From Phoronis australis (lineage: Eukaryota; Animalia; Phoronida), in assembly GCA_002633005.1 (NCBI GenBank), contig NMRA01000593.1:1-64000 (forward strand): a DNA stretch of 64,000 nt. Direction: 5' to 3'. Below are positions 24,891 to 38,942 of the stretch, in pieces (position 1 is the first letter of the stretch; each line of letters opens with the position of its first letter). The translations under genes and the position numbers were made by a program. The notes beneath the pieces were generated by a model. It ran no database searches, was not told the origin of the DNA, and saw only the letters and a program-made list of their open reading frames with translations.

Positions 24891-26691
24891 CTAAAGGTAG
24901 GTCAATGTCGACTCGACGTCTTCAGCCGGTTCGATCATCAACCTTTCCGAATATAGTTTAAAGTAATACAGTTGCAGCAGTGTAACTAACACTCGATATG
25001 CAACCAGGCCCTAAACGTAAAATGAGGAACAAAACTGTAAATTAAATGACACTTATGTCTCAGTTTTCAATTGTGCCTATTCCTAGGAAACTACAATATC
25101 AAATATTGTTATTTTTTAGAAGTTCATTGCCCAGTAGCCATTGTTTTCGTCTTTGTTCCCTATTTTGAAGAAATAAATCGTTACTTTTAAAACTGTTTCT
25201 TTTACAAGAGAAAACTTGCAACCTAACGCGCAAGTACATACATATAGAATGTGATCCGCCATGTGAATAGTCTGGATCAAGTATTTAAAAAATCTGCAGA
25301 AAAAAATTAAGAAACTTAGGAATTCGAAGCGTATGGGACCTTATTCCTTATACCTAAATAATATTAACCAAAATATTTTTGAGGGTAATTTATACCCCAG
25401 AAACTGCGTGATGGACTGGCGTAAAATATGTACGTTTGTCACACCCATTATAATTCAAGTTTTAAAGCTTTGTACTAAATATTTTGGACGTCAGTATAGA
25501 GCTACATTAAGAGCCCAACTTTTCAAGCTCTGTTCTTTCTCAAAAGCTGTGACAGACCTCAGGTCGAGGTTAAGTCTTTGTCCCAGAGGTCACATATGCA
25601 AATAATAGTAGTGAACTGTCGTTTTATCCAATAGGCTGGTTTCAAGACAGCAGCAGAGATAAAAAAAACAAGAGTAAACACTACAGCCATTGGAGGCGTA
25701 TAGTCATTGAGGACATTGATTACATATTGAAGTTTTTGTCGTATGGGAAATTACGGGTGCCCTAACACTTATTCAATATACAACAATACTCAATGGGTCA
25801 TGATAAGAGAGAAAAAATAATAGGAAAATCTGACTAGCGAAATTGTATTAGAAAAATTTGAATATTGAATTCAACTAGATGCTAAAATTGGGATTGTAGC
25901 TTTTGCGCCTAAAATAACAATTTCACGACTGCCCCGGTGCACGTGAGAAGACAAGAATTCAAAATTTCCGGCATTCTAACAACCAGACTTTTGGCGACGC
26001 AGGATTAATGTGACATTTCCTGGTAGACGTGCATCAGGCACTGGTAATAAATGCTATGACAAAAGTGTTTAAGTCAGGCTAACCGAAGCGTAAATATTTT
26101 GCTAGTACTTGCAATCACAGACGGGTCGACACCATTCAACTTTCGCTGACGTACTTCCTCTTGGAGCCGTTGCATACACGTTCTGGCTATCCGAACACCT
26201 TTTCAGGCAAGGAGGGCGGCATTGCTCTGAATTACAAAAGGAAATACCATTCTGAGCTTTATTCTTCCTTTTTGAAGCAATATAAAGAAAAATGCAGATG
26301 TTAACTTTTCTCGATAGATTTTGATGTATTTAAGAGAGTAAGGAAATTTTCTATACAGTTCAAAATGCTGAACACTTAGGGAATCATTTGTCAGAGTAAG
26401 ATATTCAAATTCAAATCTCGCTCCTTGATGTTCCTTACGCAACTTATGTTTTACTTTTCTAACAAAAACAACTTTAGTGGAAATGAGCTAAGTTCCTAAA
26501 TTCGACAAAATTAAAAATTAGCGAGAGTTCGCTACAACTGAAATGATAAAAAGCGCTAACTTCAAAGATAACTCGGATCCAGAACTGTTGCAGCTGATAT
26601 AATGGACTAACCAATATCCTAATCAATCCAAGTAGACAACATTTCTATCTTTGCATTGTCAAATACAAACTAACAGAAATTGAATACTTAC

Positions 26692-26767
26692 CTGAAAGGT
26701 TGACCCAGGAAAGGAAAACCATAAAGCATGTCCAAAAGAACAACATTGCGTCGATTCTTTGTCTCAT
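26692..26767 (-). CDS. Gene B first coding exon: signal peptide MRQRIDAMLFFWTCFMVFLSWVNLS
   Basis: ATG at 26767, basic N-region then hydrophobic core, consensus CAG|gtaagt phase-1 donor; region conserved in the duplicate at 32574-32663. Confidence 0.72.
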
Positions 26768-26794
26768 CTCGTAGACTAGCTAATCATAGACGCT

Positions 26795-26900
26795 GAGCGG
26801 CACCTTTAAGCTCTGCAATCGCCTAATAATTTAAAAACGCTGTGTGGTGAATAATATGCGTTTGATTTTCTATTGCATATGTGCTACAATATTGCAGAAT
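26795..26900 (-). promoter_or_regulatory. Putative core promoter of gene B
   Basis: TATA-like CTTAAAG at ~26804-26810 about 40 nt upstream of the ATG; this and the gtgaataatatgcg block are conserved at 32680-32740. Confidence 0.3.
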
Positions 26901-28059
26901 ATGTAATGGCACAAAATTGTCATTTGCATAGAATAAGCCCCTGGATCGAATACAGACAACGCACTTCCATTTTTTATAGCTTATAGCACAATGGGTAGTT
27001 TTTAAAAAAGAACTTTATACTTTGATAGGCACGGTTTTCTATTACATTTTGTATCTCTGCTCGCAACGCTCAACTGAGTAACTTTTTCCATGAATGCTTT
27101 TTAAAAACCAGTTTTGCACTTTCATACACAGGATTGTTTATTACACTTTATGATCCTGCTCGCAGCACTCGATAAACTGTGGTTGTTCATGGAAATACAG
27201 TAGTTTTAATGAATCTGACCGAAATTAAGGCCAGACAACTGCAAAATTATTCCAGAAAATTTATTGAAAAACTTCTTGCATTGAGACTTAACCCTGTTTT
27301 ATATTTGAGATTTCACCACTTGTTTTGCCGGTTTCCCCAAAAACTGGACCTGTCAACCGTTGCAGGACACTTCATCACTTTGTCACCAAAGAGACAATGC
27401 TTCCCTGGAGTCACCAATTGGCCTGATGGTTAGTTATTCTTTGTGACATACATGAAGGCATTGTTTGATGATGTCAGCTAGCCCACAGCTTCTGAAAAGC
27501 ACTGATTTACTAGGCGGTCTCGCTCGTTAAACACAAGTGGATCGGTCAGTTCACTAATATTCCAGCCCATGGACGAAACTGTCGACTCGTCGAATACGTC
27601 ACTGCCTTTTGACGAGGCTGCATTTCTTTCAAATGCGTGGTGGCTGATTTTGCAGACAGAAAAAACATGCACGCACCCAGCCTTCAACATGTGGGGGGCA
27701 CGAATGGACTTTTTACTAACAAAATAGTCAGTTGACTAAAAAAAAAAACAAAAAAACAGTACCACGGTCGGGCTGTACTTGCTGCCCCTTTTTGGTAGAC
27801 TTTTATCTCGTTTTCTCGGACTTTTTGCTTTTCTGGGGCGGACCTGTTTGCCCACTTCGCCAAATGGGGGGCTCATGGAAAAGCGAAATAACACATTTCG
27901 TCTATCGCCATTATTACAAACGAAGCACGTGACCACATCAGCTGTCAGTTGTGGGAGGGTTTCTGCTGCATTTGCTGCATGATTACGTGTGAATTTTCAA
28001 CAAGATTAAGCGGATGTCATTGAACTATGTGCCGGTGTTATTTTTTTGTTTTTACATGG

Positions 28060-31000
28060 TGAAACCAGATGTTATTGTAAGTGGAATTAAACATATTATG
28101 TCAACGAAATGATCTGACTGAGACAAAAAAGACCCACAATAACTAAACACAAATTACAGTTGGACATGGCCAGGCCCAGACGCGTTCATTGCATTCTGCT
28201 TATATTTTTCTAATAGTTCACACAAATGCAAATGATAAAAATCAACAACAGGGACAAAAATATTTTCACTTTAATTTTACATTGAAAACATTCTAAATTC
28301 AAAACTCCATCAAAATAACTCCTTAGCAGTAAATGTTAAGAAATTATCTCTACATCACCATTTTATATGTACGAAACGAATCCTAACACAAGATAAATTT
28401 GAAAAACATCTTTACACGATTCTGTTGAAATGAAATCGGTATTCTTTGAAATAGTGATAATTTACCCATGTTTAATTTTATATTTTTGTGTCAACCATAA
28501 GTTTTAGGACGAAAGTGTACACGTGAACAAAATTTAAAAATCAAATACAACAAAAACACACAATATAAAGATTGAAATTTACGAAATAACAAATAAAACT
28601 ATATCGATCCTCTACAAATGCAAACGAAAAGAACGCATACTTTTTAACGTATCCAGATAAATTACTTCAAGTCACGCTGATGAATTTGGTTGAAAACGTC
28701 ATAGACCACACTGATAATTACTAGAACTAGGGAAACGCAACACATCAGTTCAGTCACACACTCGTTAGATTTAAATTCGAGTCATGCATGGCTCACAAGA
28801 CATTTTCATTTAGCTGCTTAATGCACCAGGCGAATCATTTGAGCAGTGCTGTAGTGGGGCGTAGGCGCAGCCAACCACCTTTTGACATTTTAACGTAGCG
28901 CCTACACACCGTAAGTTACGTTCAGTGCTCAAGGTGATACGGTGGGCTTTGGGCGTCTACTTACCTCTAAGTTTACCACTACAGTACTGCATTTGAGTAC
29001 AATCTTGCACAACCTGTCTGATGACGGCTCAGGTTTCGAGCAAATTGTTTTTTGAGTTTCTACTTGAAGCAGACAGTACATTAGGCGAACCATGACTTTT
29101 CGCATAATGTACTGTCTGTATCAGATCAGGTTACTGTAAGTGGATTTAGTTTCTCAAATCGTAACAAAAGGTATGCTATTTCATTTCTTTCACTTATTTA
29201 GAGTAGTAAGACTTTCCCACGCGGTTTGTCTCCTCATTGTTTCTTGACGGTTGTTGAACAGCGTACGAGGATCTTGAAAAAACGTATCCTTGAGAAACAA
29301 CTGTAAAAATTGTGATCGTGCAGTTATTTGAGAAAATGCGCCCCTATATTACTACTAGGTGACATCTTGAAAATTCCTGTCCAAAGACAACAACTCAAAA
29401 TTGGAAATATTAAATGAAAAAAAAATATTAAAGCAATTTTGATCTTATCCAATGGGACAATTTTACTAGTCCTAAAATATGTCTTTGACTTTTCTGCAAT
29501 GTTTTTAATTTTCTACACAATTGCAGTTTTTGTGGTTGCCCAACCCGTGCAAATTATCCTGGGCTTTGCAAGTGTCATGATTTTTGCCAAGTAAATAAAT
29601 AGAGTTCTAGAACTTCATTGGCTTTGTGAGATCATATACAGTCTAATCTGTCAACAATATCATTTGACTTGTCAAGTGTAAGTGATCTTTCACGCATCAA
29701 AATCAGTTTCTCGCTATCATCCGTACGTCCGTCATAACTGATATGCCAAAATATTTTGCTACGTAATAAAGATTTCTGTTGAAAACATAACAAGTAAAAT
29801 ATTTTTAGTGTTATTTGAGGCTCCTCAAACTGAGTGACAGGCGTACGTAACATACATGTATGTACTGTCTGTCACACCCACCATATGACAAATTTTAGAA
29901 CTGTATACGATACATAACAATGTGAACGTATTAAAACCCCAACTTTTCAAGCATTGATCTTTCTCAAAGAGTCTGACACACTTCAGGGCGAGGTAAGGTC
30001 ACGTGTGCAACTAATACAAGTCAACCGCCATTTTATCCAGTATGCAAGTTTCAAGACAACATCAATTATTGAGGACATTGATACATTAGGCCCTCGGGTA
30101 GTAATTTAAAACCTGGCTATAATCTTAGTCTTATTTTTTTCTTAATTGGATATCTGAAAGCCCGAGATATAATGCTTTCTAGCTCTTTTTGTGCTTATAC
30201 TCCAGTTAATGCACATTATATTTTTCGTGACAAACATTTAACGAGGTTTTACTCGCATCCTGAAATGCAAACCAAGTGAGCAGCAAAAATCTACGAGCAA
30301 ATTTGACACACGTGATTTTATTGCCAATGCTATTGACAGTCACGTGCTGAAGGCGCTTTTCCGGGAATATTGTCTTTTTCGGAAACTTGATATGGTTTTC
30401 ATTTTTTCGCAACCGGTCATCTTTAAATATACGTAATAACGCATTTGAAAGTTCATTAGCAAAGCGAGCTTTTCTGACAAATTTATTTTCATGCACCACA
30501 CTTACATCAACAGTACTTAATTGTTCGAGTTTTCAGTTACGATATTGAGCGGCCTCACGAATTTCTTTTCTATCTAGTATACAACGAAACTCTTTCCAGA
30601 TCTTACCTAATCATCCCTTTTTTTAGTGTATTTGTAGTAGTGATGTTTCACGCTTAGGAATAGGCCGCCGTGAGCATAAATGGGCCGTTGGTGCTTTCTA
30701 GAGAAGGGTACTTCATTAGAAATCCCCGTCAGATACATATTTTGCTTGAGAGTAAAGTAAACTTGTAAAGCAAAAAATAACTTCTAACGTGCATGTATTT
30801 GGTGACTTCTCGGTTTGCGAACGTCATGCATAAATTTCCAAATAACTAAACATTTGTGGATTTTATTTCCCTTCAATGCATAAAGCCCTTACAACATACA
30901 CCGTGGTGAACACCGTGGGCCCCGGGTCTAATCTTTTAATAGTTGTGGGCGTTTTCTAATCTACTTATGTGCCAGTTCAAGACAAGTGTCTACTGTTCTA

Positions 31001-32770
31001 TGCACAAGTACATGATGGCACTAATGAATAACGTTCTAATCATGGTTTGCACTTGCTGACGCTAAAACGTCGAGTTTGAAATCGCCATTTCTCGTTTTTG
31101 CTCGAGATCTCGAATTTTCACTCGAGTTTGTGTTTCGAATATACACATGTAGGTTATCAAGAACGAAACTCATATGCATAAACCACAATGTATTCGTACA
31201 CATATCAACAGACATTTCTCTTCATTTCGCACAAAAGTAGATCAGAAAATGCCGAAAATAATTTCGAGCTCGATTTTGATTAGACCAAGCCCCAGGATTA
31301 GAAATGTCGACAAGTCACTGGTTCTGAGATCCATATCCAACACCAAAAACAAAAACTAACTTTTGGTTTACGGCACTTATAGTTATGTGCTCTTTCTCAA
31401 ATTACTCCTTTGTGGAAACAAATCAGATGTCTGAGTTTAGAAGGAACTGAAATAGCTCTCTGGTTTGAGACCACGCTCTGCAAGTTGACATGTCGTGGTG
31501 TATCATTATATTTTGCAAGATTAGCCTAAAGCAGTTTTGGTCTGGGTAATTATAAACTTGACGAAAACACCAAATTTGTTGCGGTAATAAAAGTTTTTGT
31601 AAATAATTCGATTTTCGACGGAACGCAGGTTGATAAAAATGGTGGCTCCAAAATTTGTTTTGTTTATACGCTGTAAGTTAATATCATTACCACCAACTTA
31701 GCTTAATGATGAACATTTTAGAAATAATTGCAAAACAACTGGTAACCCATATCTAGATGAGTACTAAACTAATATCTCAGACATTCGGTGCTACGTCTGA
31801 AGTACCGTCTAACCATGCAAACTTGGTATTCGTGAACCTCACCGTTGAGGAGACTGGTTGACGTAATGGAATTTTCTGGCCGTGCTTGTTACACACGACA
31901 CAGGTTTTTTATGTGTTTAATCTAGTAGCACATGACGGACTGGTATAAAAGTTTTGGAACGAAGCTATTAGAAGTATAAATATTTTGCTAGTACAGACGG
32001 GTCTACACCATTTAACATCCACCAACGAACTACCTCTAGGAGCCGTTGCATACACCTGTATATATTCGATCTATTGGGGACAACCTTTTCAGGCAAGGAG
32101 GGTGGCATTCCTCGGAATTTACAAAAACAAAAACCGCTAAGAACCGTTTTCTTCATTTTTGTAGCAATTTAAAGAACTATGGCAGATTTCAAATTATCTC
32201 GATAAATTTTGATGCATTAATAAGAGAGTATGGAAATTTTCTATGTAGTTCAAAATACTGTGGTTTTATCCAGCTGAATTCATGGGAAATGACTTGTCAA
32301 GGTATCATATTAAAATTCAAACCTCGTTGTTTGGCGTTGGTTATGCAACTTGTGTTTAACGTTTTTAACAAAAGTTCCTAAGTTTGACAAAATTAACAAT
32401 GAGAGTTCGCTGCAAATGAAAAGATAAAGTGACCGCTTACTTCAAAGATAACTCGGATCCAGGACTGTTGCAGCTGATAAATTGGACAATCCAATATCCT
32501 AATCAGTCTAAGTAGACAACGTTTTTCATCTGTGGATCGTCAATTGCAAACGGACAAAAAAACGAAAATTTACCTGAAAAATTAACGCCGAGAAAGAATG
32601 ACATAAAGCAAGTCCAAAAAGACAACGTTGCTCTTGGTCTTTTCTGGAAGACTGATTAGTCATGGACGCTGAGCGACGCTTTTAAGCCCTGCAAAAAGCC
32701 CTTTGTAGTGAATAATATGCGTTTTACTTCCCTATTGCCTATAAAGTGTGTTACGACAATATTGCGGAAT
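28060..32770 (-). pseudogene. Relic paralogue C: promoter + degenerate exon 1 + intron fragments + 3'UTR, internal coding exons absent
   Basis: 31975-32760 resembles 26090-26890; 29935-30085 resembles 25510-25725; 28850-28985 resembles gene A intron pieces 40215-40280 and 40845-40905; 28140-28680 resembles gene A 3'UTR 37103-37670. Confidence 0.7.
30917..31295. mobile_element. Diverged MITE related to 10550-10953
   Basis: Ends GGCCCCGGGTCTAATC ... GATTAGACCAAGCCCC; shares ctcgag/ttcgagc and 'aaaagtaga..agaaaatgcc...aatttcgag' motifs; a partial third copy at ~18730-18845. Confidence 0.55.
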
Positions 32771-35417
32771 GTAGGACTACTATATGGTGTCTAGGTTGAT
32801 AGATTGTGTTTAGGCGCCACATTTCTGTTTGAGGGACCACCGCGTCGTCTACCTGAAAAGTATCCCGGTGATTGTCAGTGGTTTGGGGAGCGTTCACATA
32901 TTACGTCATCCAAACTTTTTCAATTTTTACCCCCCCCGCCTTTTTTCTGCCATCATAAACCCCGTCCAGACTCTTTTTATGGCACCACGGCTACCCTCAA
33001 CTGATTTTGGAAGAATCGGATTGATTTGGAGATTCTGTGCGCATTCTAATGGAAATCTGTTGTCGCTTTATAATCGTTCATGTAAGTTTAATTGCATTTG
33101 CCGCAGTTGTATTCAGCAATGAAATAAAGTACGCCATTTAAAATATCAAACCAAAAGTAGTGACTATTTTCTTATATCTAACTACGTCAGAGGAGTGAGA
33201 ATAGGGCGGCCAAAACAGTAGGCGACCTTTTTAAGCACCCACATGTTGATATTGTGGGTGCATATAGTCCAGATGAGTATCTATAAAGCTGAGGACGACG
33301 AATTTCGGGCTGATCTGAAAACCGATCTGTCTCTTAGTAAGAGGCAATTATATTTTTTTCATCTTTGTCTTTGTATCTATTTTGAATTCCTTGGTGGATT
33401 TTCATGAAATTTGACAAATTAGGCTTACATGTATGTTAAGGAGGCGTTGTCGCCTTCTAATTTTCGGACGGACGTAACATAATTTGCACCACCTGGTGGC
33501 CATTTTAAAGTTTTTGGGTGCGTTTTTGTCGATAACCCCTCTGTCTGCTAAACAATTCAGTTGCCGATGTGTTCCTGATGAGAAGACCACAACTGGAGTT
33601 GATTTTCGGACGGGCACCCCCTAATGGCATTTTATTCGTCCAAACCTGCATCTCCTACATGTAACTATTTGGAGGGTCTTTTTGAAATTTGGCTGGCGTT
33701 TTGCTATGGAGATAGCAGCCGATAACAACGAGATTCAGACCAATCCTGCTACAGCTGTACCTCTTATTACGTGGCATTTTCAAATTACTAGTTGTGTTCC
33801 TGATGCGAAGACCACGGCTGACACTAATATCTAGACAGTTCTAACAACTGTGATGACCCTTTGAGGTGATTTTGTATTTTTGCGACCATGGCTATAGGCC
33901 TACTAAATGTGACAAATGTCTGTCCACGACTTTTGGACGGCTCTGACTACCGCTGTACCACGTAGTGGCATTTTTAACATCTAAGTTTACCTTTGTATTT
34001 TTCGGTTTCGGTGAATTTTGGCAAGTACTTCCCAAATTCGGACGGGTTGGACGTATTCTGCACCATACAATGGTCATTTGTATGATACTAAAACACCCTT
34101 TGAAGCACACCGTTTGAGGTGCAGTAGTGGGTGCATTTCAACGCTCCGCGTTGCTATCTAATATTAAGTTTACAACAGTATCCACTTCTGAATTTGGTGG
34201 CCAATCTCCTCTGAATCAGCAATCTAGAGATCAAAACTTGATATAAAACAATGAAACTTCAAGTATATTTTGAAATCAAAGTAAAATAACTCGTGAAGTT
34301 TTAATGTAATAATAAAAGAATAATTTCAGACGCAACAGCACATATATACGTAACAAGCTCACAATGTAAACCCCATCCCTTGCAAAACATGACCACACCT
34401 GTCGCTGAACGTCCCCATCATGTCCTTACATACTTCGTACCTGTGACGATTGTCAGTGATAGTGGGAGTGTCGTTTGACTGTGTACATGTGTATAAGGTG
34501 ATCCTGGTGAAATATCATGAACTCGTGTTTTGGACTTGGTTAATTCTGCTAGAAGGTGAAGCATTTTCCCAACGATATGGAGCACTATGATGGAAATATA
34601 AGTTATCTACTTAAAAGTTTTGTCTTAATTTTAACATAACTTATACCGGATGTGGAAGCTTCAATGTTTGGAGGTTGAGACAAATATTAAATTTAGGTCA
34701 AAAATGAGCTTACGTTGGTTCTTGAAACGCGTTCATGTCCACTATGTCAGTGACGATGACCAGGTAAATATAATGACAGGTGTCCGATAACACCTAGATT
34801 TTGTGGTGCGTTAAATGAATGGTTCACCCTTGCAGTGTGATGCGTGACGTGTCACTTGCAAACTGTTGGCTAATACGAATAAATTCTTCCCACAACCAAG
34901 GTTGCTTGTTAGGTCAGTAAAACTTGGCTCGAAATTTATCGGTTTCCATTGATAAATATGAAGTAAATATCTCAAATGTTTATCAATGTTTCGCAGGAAG
35001 ACAGTGTGCAAATAAGGCACACTTTTTGAAATGTACTAATTTTCATTGTTGATCGAAGCTTGAAACGACTTCATTAGTTCTCAATAAGAAACTTGTCACT
35101 TCGTGGAAAATTTAAACCCTTCACAAATTAGGTGAAATTCAGCCCGAGTCAGAAGGATTTAGAAATATACGAAAACGTTTGGTGATATATTTCGAAGGGT
35201 CAGAGGACAGCCTGAGAATTGAAAATGCCAAAGCCTTGGGAGGAGAGTTTTTTTCAATTTACTTAGTTGGGAAAATGTTTGAAGAGTTTCTTGCACTTGG
35301 ACTATGCGCTGATGCCAGCATTTGTTTAACATAGCCAAAGAAAATCTTATTGTTTGTGGAAACAAACATGTGCTGTCGATAAAGTGATCTGAATCAAGCA
35401 CAAAATGGCCACTTTAA

Positions 35418-37101
35418 AGGACATGCCACCCAAAAAACAACCTAATTTGTATCAATTTAGATAGAGTAGTTCTACTCTATAACGACACGTACGGTTGCGT
35501 TACCTGACACCTGACGGCAGACGGAGGTGTTGAAATTAACCAATGACGTCATCAGTTTCACACGCAGTCTGTTCAAAAGTTCACAACACGGGTTACTGGT
35601 GTCTGCTTATCGCTTGAAGTCATCGTTTAACACCAATAAATCATTTAACTTCGATGTAAAATCCTTAAAAATACACCGAGTTCTTATAAAAACGTGTTGC
35701 TTTATTTCGCTCTTACGGATTTATTGGTATTTGGACACACCGTAGCTTACAAAGTTCGGCAGGCCAATAAGGTCTGTAGCAGGAGTTTGGGATCTTAAAA
35801 GTATCTCCGAATAGGTTCTTAAAAGAAGTATTTTCCGTGAGATACAGACAGGAGAAAATGGATGTGTGTTGTTTAGACTTGTGACTTTTTGAGTTCTAAA
35901 CACAAAACGTTTGTTATCCTCCTGGTCATTGGCTCGGAGCCCGATCAGGCCCGTCGCGGCCCGGCGGCCGGATTGACTTCGGCGTTATCCCGGCCAGTGG
36001 CTCGGAGACTGATCAGACATCACGAACATAAACCAGTCAAAGTTCAGTGGAAACTATACTTCCAGTCAAGAAAATACTATACTAGTGAGCCAAAGTAATG
36101 TGCACGTGATTATGTTGCCGTACTAGCCACAAAACTTCAAATCTACTTACTCGTCGGGGGCGGCAAATTAAGTTCCGCTTTAGCCACAGCACCGTCAGGA
36201 CAGAAGTTGTACATTGACAATCATTGTTTGAGTAATGTAAATGTAAATAAAGATTCCCATAACACCTGGCCGTGGGATGGAAATCAAGTTGTTTCACAAC
36301 AGTTTCTGCCAGCAAACACTAAATTAGCATGAGCTCACACGGCCTCGGTATCCCGTCAATTAGTTTTATTGCACCTAAAGCCGGTAACGCAGCTGGCTTC
36401 TCAAATCATTTGCACTCACGAACACTCCAAAGGCATTACAAATTACATCTAATGAGACAGACTTTGTTTCAGTTTTATATAAGTATTGGTTAGGGTGAGA
36501 ATAATTCACTTTGAAACAGAACGCTCAGTAATAAACGCCAACATGGCAACTCGCGATCCCGACTTAGGACGAGCTAGAGCTCATCAGTCCCGACCTCGCA
36601 GGTGGATCGTTAAGTTTTACAGGCTATCAATTCGAACAGCAATATAGTGATGAAGAGATACTAGAGAGGCGCCGTAAACAAGCTCAGAACGGAAAGTATC
36701 AAGTTATTTGGTAAGCCGGCAATCGTCAGGCACTGTCGATGTCTGCAGGCCACAGACACGGAGATGTTTCACGGCCTCATACTTGCTATTTCTAGCGTAC
36801 ACTTCATTCTTCACTACCCGATGAGCCACCTCCTAAGCATTTCGGACTCTCGAGAAAGTAAAAAACGATATACCCGCTTTCCTCGCAGGTGCTTAGTTCG
36901 GACAAGCGGGAACGATGCACCGAAACATAGCGGCATTCTCTCTGCATATGAACCACTGACGTCGCTAGCGTCGTTTCTCACCTTCCTCAGAGGTTAACGC
37001 GACACCTCTTGGCAAGGTAAGGTCGATCGTATGCGAGGCGATGTGGATATAGACCGATTAAGACGGCAAAAAAGACTAATTAAACCGGGTGGCATTCTCC
37101 T
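35418..37101. mobile_element. Non-autonomous Kolobok-like DNA transposon
   Basis: TTAA|AGGACATGCCACCC ... GGGTGGCATTCTCCT|TTAA; flanks are contiguous (empty site) in the paralogous region ~28070-28180. Confidence 0.72.
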
Positions 37102-37159
37102 TTAAACACAAATCAGAGCTGGATATGAAGAGACCCAGCTTCGTTTACTGCGTTCTGCG

Positions 37160-37165
37160 TTTATT
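37160..37165 (-). promoter_or_regulatory. Putative polyadenylation signal AATAAA of gene A
   Basis: TTTATT on + strand ~520 nt downstream of the stop, inside the block conserved with relic C. Confidence 0.5.
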
Positions 37166-37681
37166 TTTCTAATAGCTCGGAACAATGCAAAGCTTACACA
37201 TCAGCAACAGACACAAAATAATTCTCAGTGCAATTTCACATTAAAAACATTCTAAAGCCGCCTACATTTCCCTGTTTACTCCATTACTAACATAACATCA
37301 TAGATTTCAAGAAATTACTTCTGCATCAAACTTTCACGAAACGACTCCTAAAACAAAAGAAAATTGGACAAAACATCTTTTCACTATGTTGAAATGGAAT
37401 CTATATTCTTTTGAAATATACATAACTCATCCACGTTTAAGTTTCTTACCGTAATTTTTGTGTCTATCGTAAATCCTCAGACAAAAGCGTGCACGTGCCC
37501 AGACAAAACTTTAAAAACCAATCAAAACAAAACACACAGAGTATAAAGATTGAAATCTTCGAAATATCGATTAAAACAATATTGACTATCTACATGAGCA
37601 AGCAAATGGGAATGTACCTTTAACGTAAACCAATACATGCCTAGCTTTGTAAATTAAACTCAAGTCACACCCGGAATCAGT

Positions 37682-37841
37682 TTAATCGCATAGTCTGTCA
37701 TCCTCGCTGGAAACGCCAGACCGACACAAAGAGCTGTGGTCGCCACCAAGCGAGGTGGAGGAAGACGATAAATCTTTCATGTCCATTGCTTGGTAGTTGA
37801 GCTTCTGAGCTACCGCATAAGCTGCGGCGCGGCGACAGATG
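37682..37841 (-). CDS. Gene A last exon: cytoplasmic tail ICRRAAAYAVAQKLNYQAMDMKDLSSSSTSLGGDHSSLCRSGVSSEDDRLCD*
   Basis: ttttattatag acceptor; phase 2 matches the TM exon; CRR stop-transfer; TAA at 37682-37684 (not in ORF track). Confidence 0.8.
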
Positions 37842-38942
37842 CTATAATAAAAACAGAAGTATAGCGTAAATCTTGGACTGCTGAACTACATCAGCATGGG
37901 TAATACGCCAAAAATGAGTAAAAAACGTCCAGCAACAAGTGTACCTTTCAAGTTTGGCACGTTATGCTCAATTCAAGAAAGAGGTGAAAGCCGAGGGTTT
38001 ACCTTCTGAACTTAAAGACAATTAAACACATGTTTTTAGCAAATGCCACCATCAAGACAGTAACTGTGGGAACTGCATAATAGCTAACAACGGCTCCTTG
38101 TCAGTTGTCAGCGGTTACACAAGTTTAAACAGACGTGGTCAGTGGTCAGGGTACATGAAGCACTAGCACAACACTACTTTAAAACGGTCATAGACGTGAT
38201 TTATGCCACTGACTGTTTCAACAGCCATAACCTGTTTTTAATCAGATGAGTAGAGATTTTGGGGTTTGCCAAGAAATATGATATTTGTTAAAACGCATAA
38301 AATATTGCAGAATGACAAACAAAACTGGTCACTATGGAAGAATGAAATTAATTCCGATTTGAACAAGGAACAATTCGCTACCAAATAACGGTAGGTGATT
38401 TTAGTATTTTTATGATGAAAGGATTATTTATAGCCGCTTTAAGTGACGTTTTCTGAGATCTGTACGAAGACTGAATCGAACTTACAACCTCTGTCAGTGG
38501 TGATAATCCAGTACTCTTCTAGGGGAGCTAAGCCCACTCGGCCCGGTAGGGTATCTAAACGAATTTACCCGGTAAACTAAAAGTCGCCGACATTGACTTC
38601 AGTGAATGGCTGGTAGCCTAAGGTGAGGATTGCCGATTTGTAACAGAATCACAAAAATAAAATGACTTGTGCTGTTTAAACTCTGGTCAGATCATATTAG
38701 TTTAAGAAGTGTATCCCAACCGGTAAACCCAAAATGCAATTTCGACCCTAAAACCGAACTTGCAACTGAATTAAATATTAGCCCGTCGGTTTTATCACCG
38801 CTTTCAAGTTACCAAACGAACTAAGGTGCTGTCAAATGGACTAGTAGTTGTTGAGGGCATTGTTACATGTCGTCCCTGAATGCCTTTAAAACTGAATTGA
38901 AATCTTTGAAGTTAAAAATAAATGTGATGAATCAGTACTTAC

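Noticed and set aside
38484-38880. Alternative cytoplasmic exons between the TM and last exon
   Set aside because: Splice-like signals exist but the phase-2 frame hits early stops
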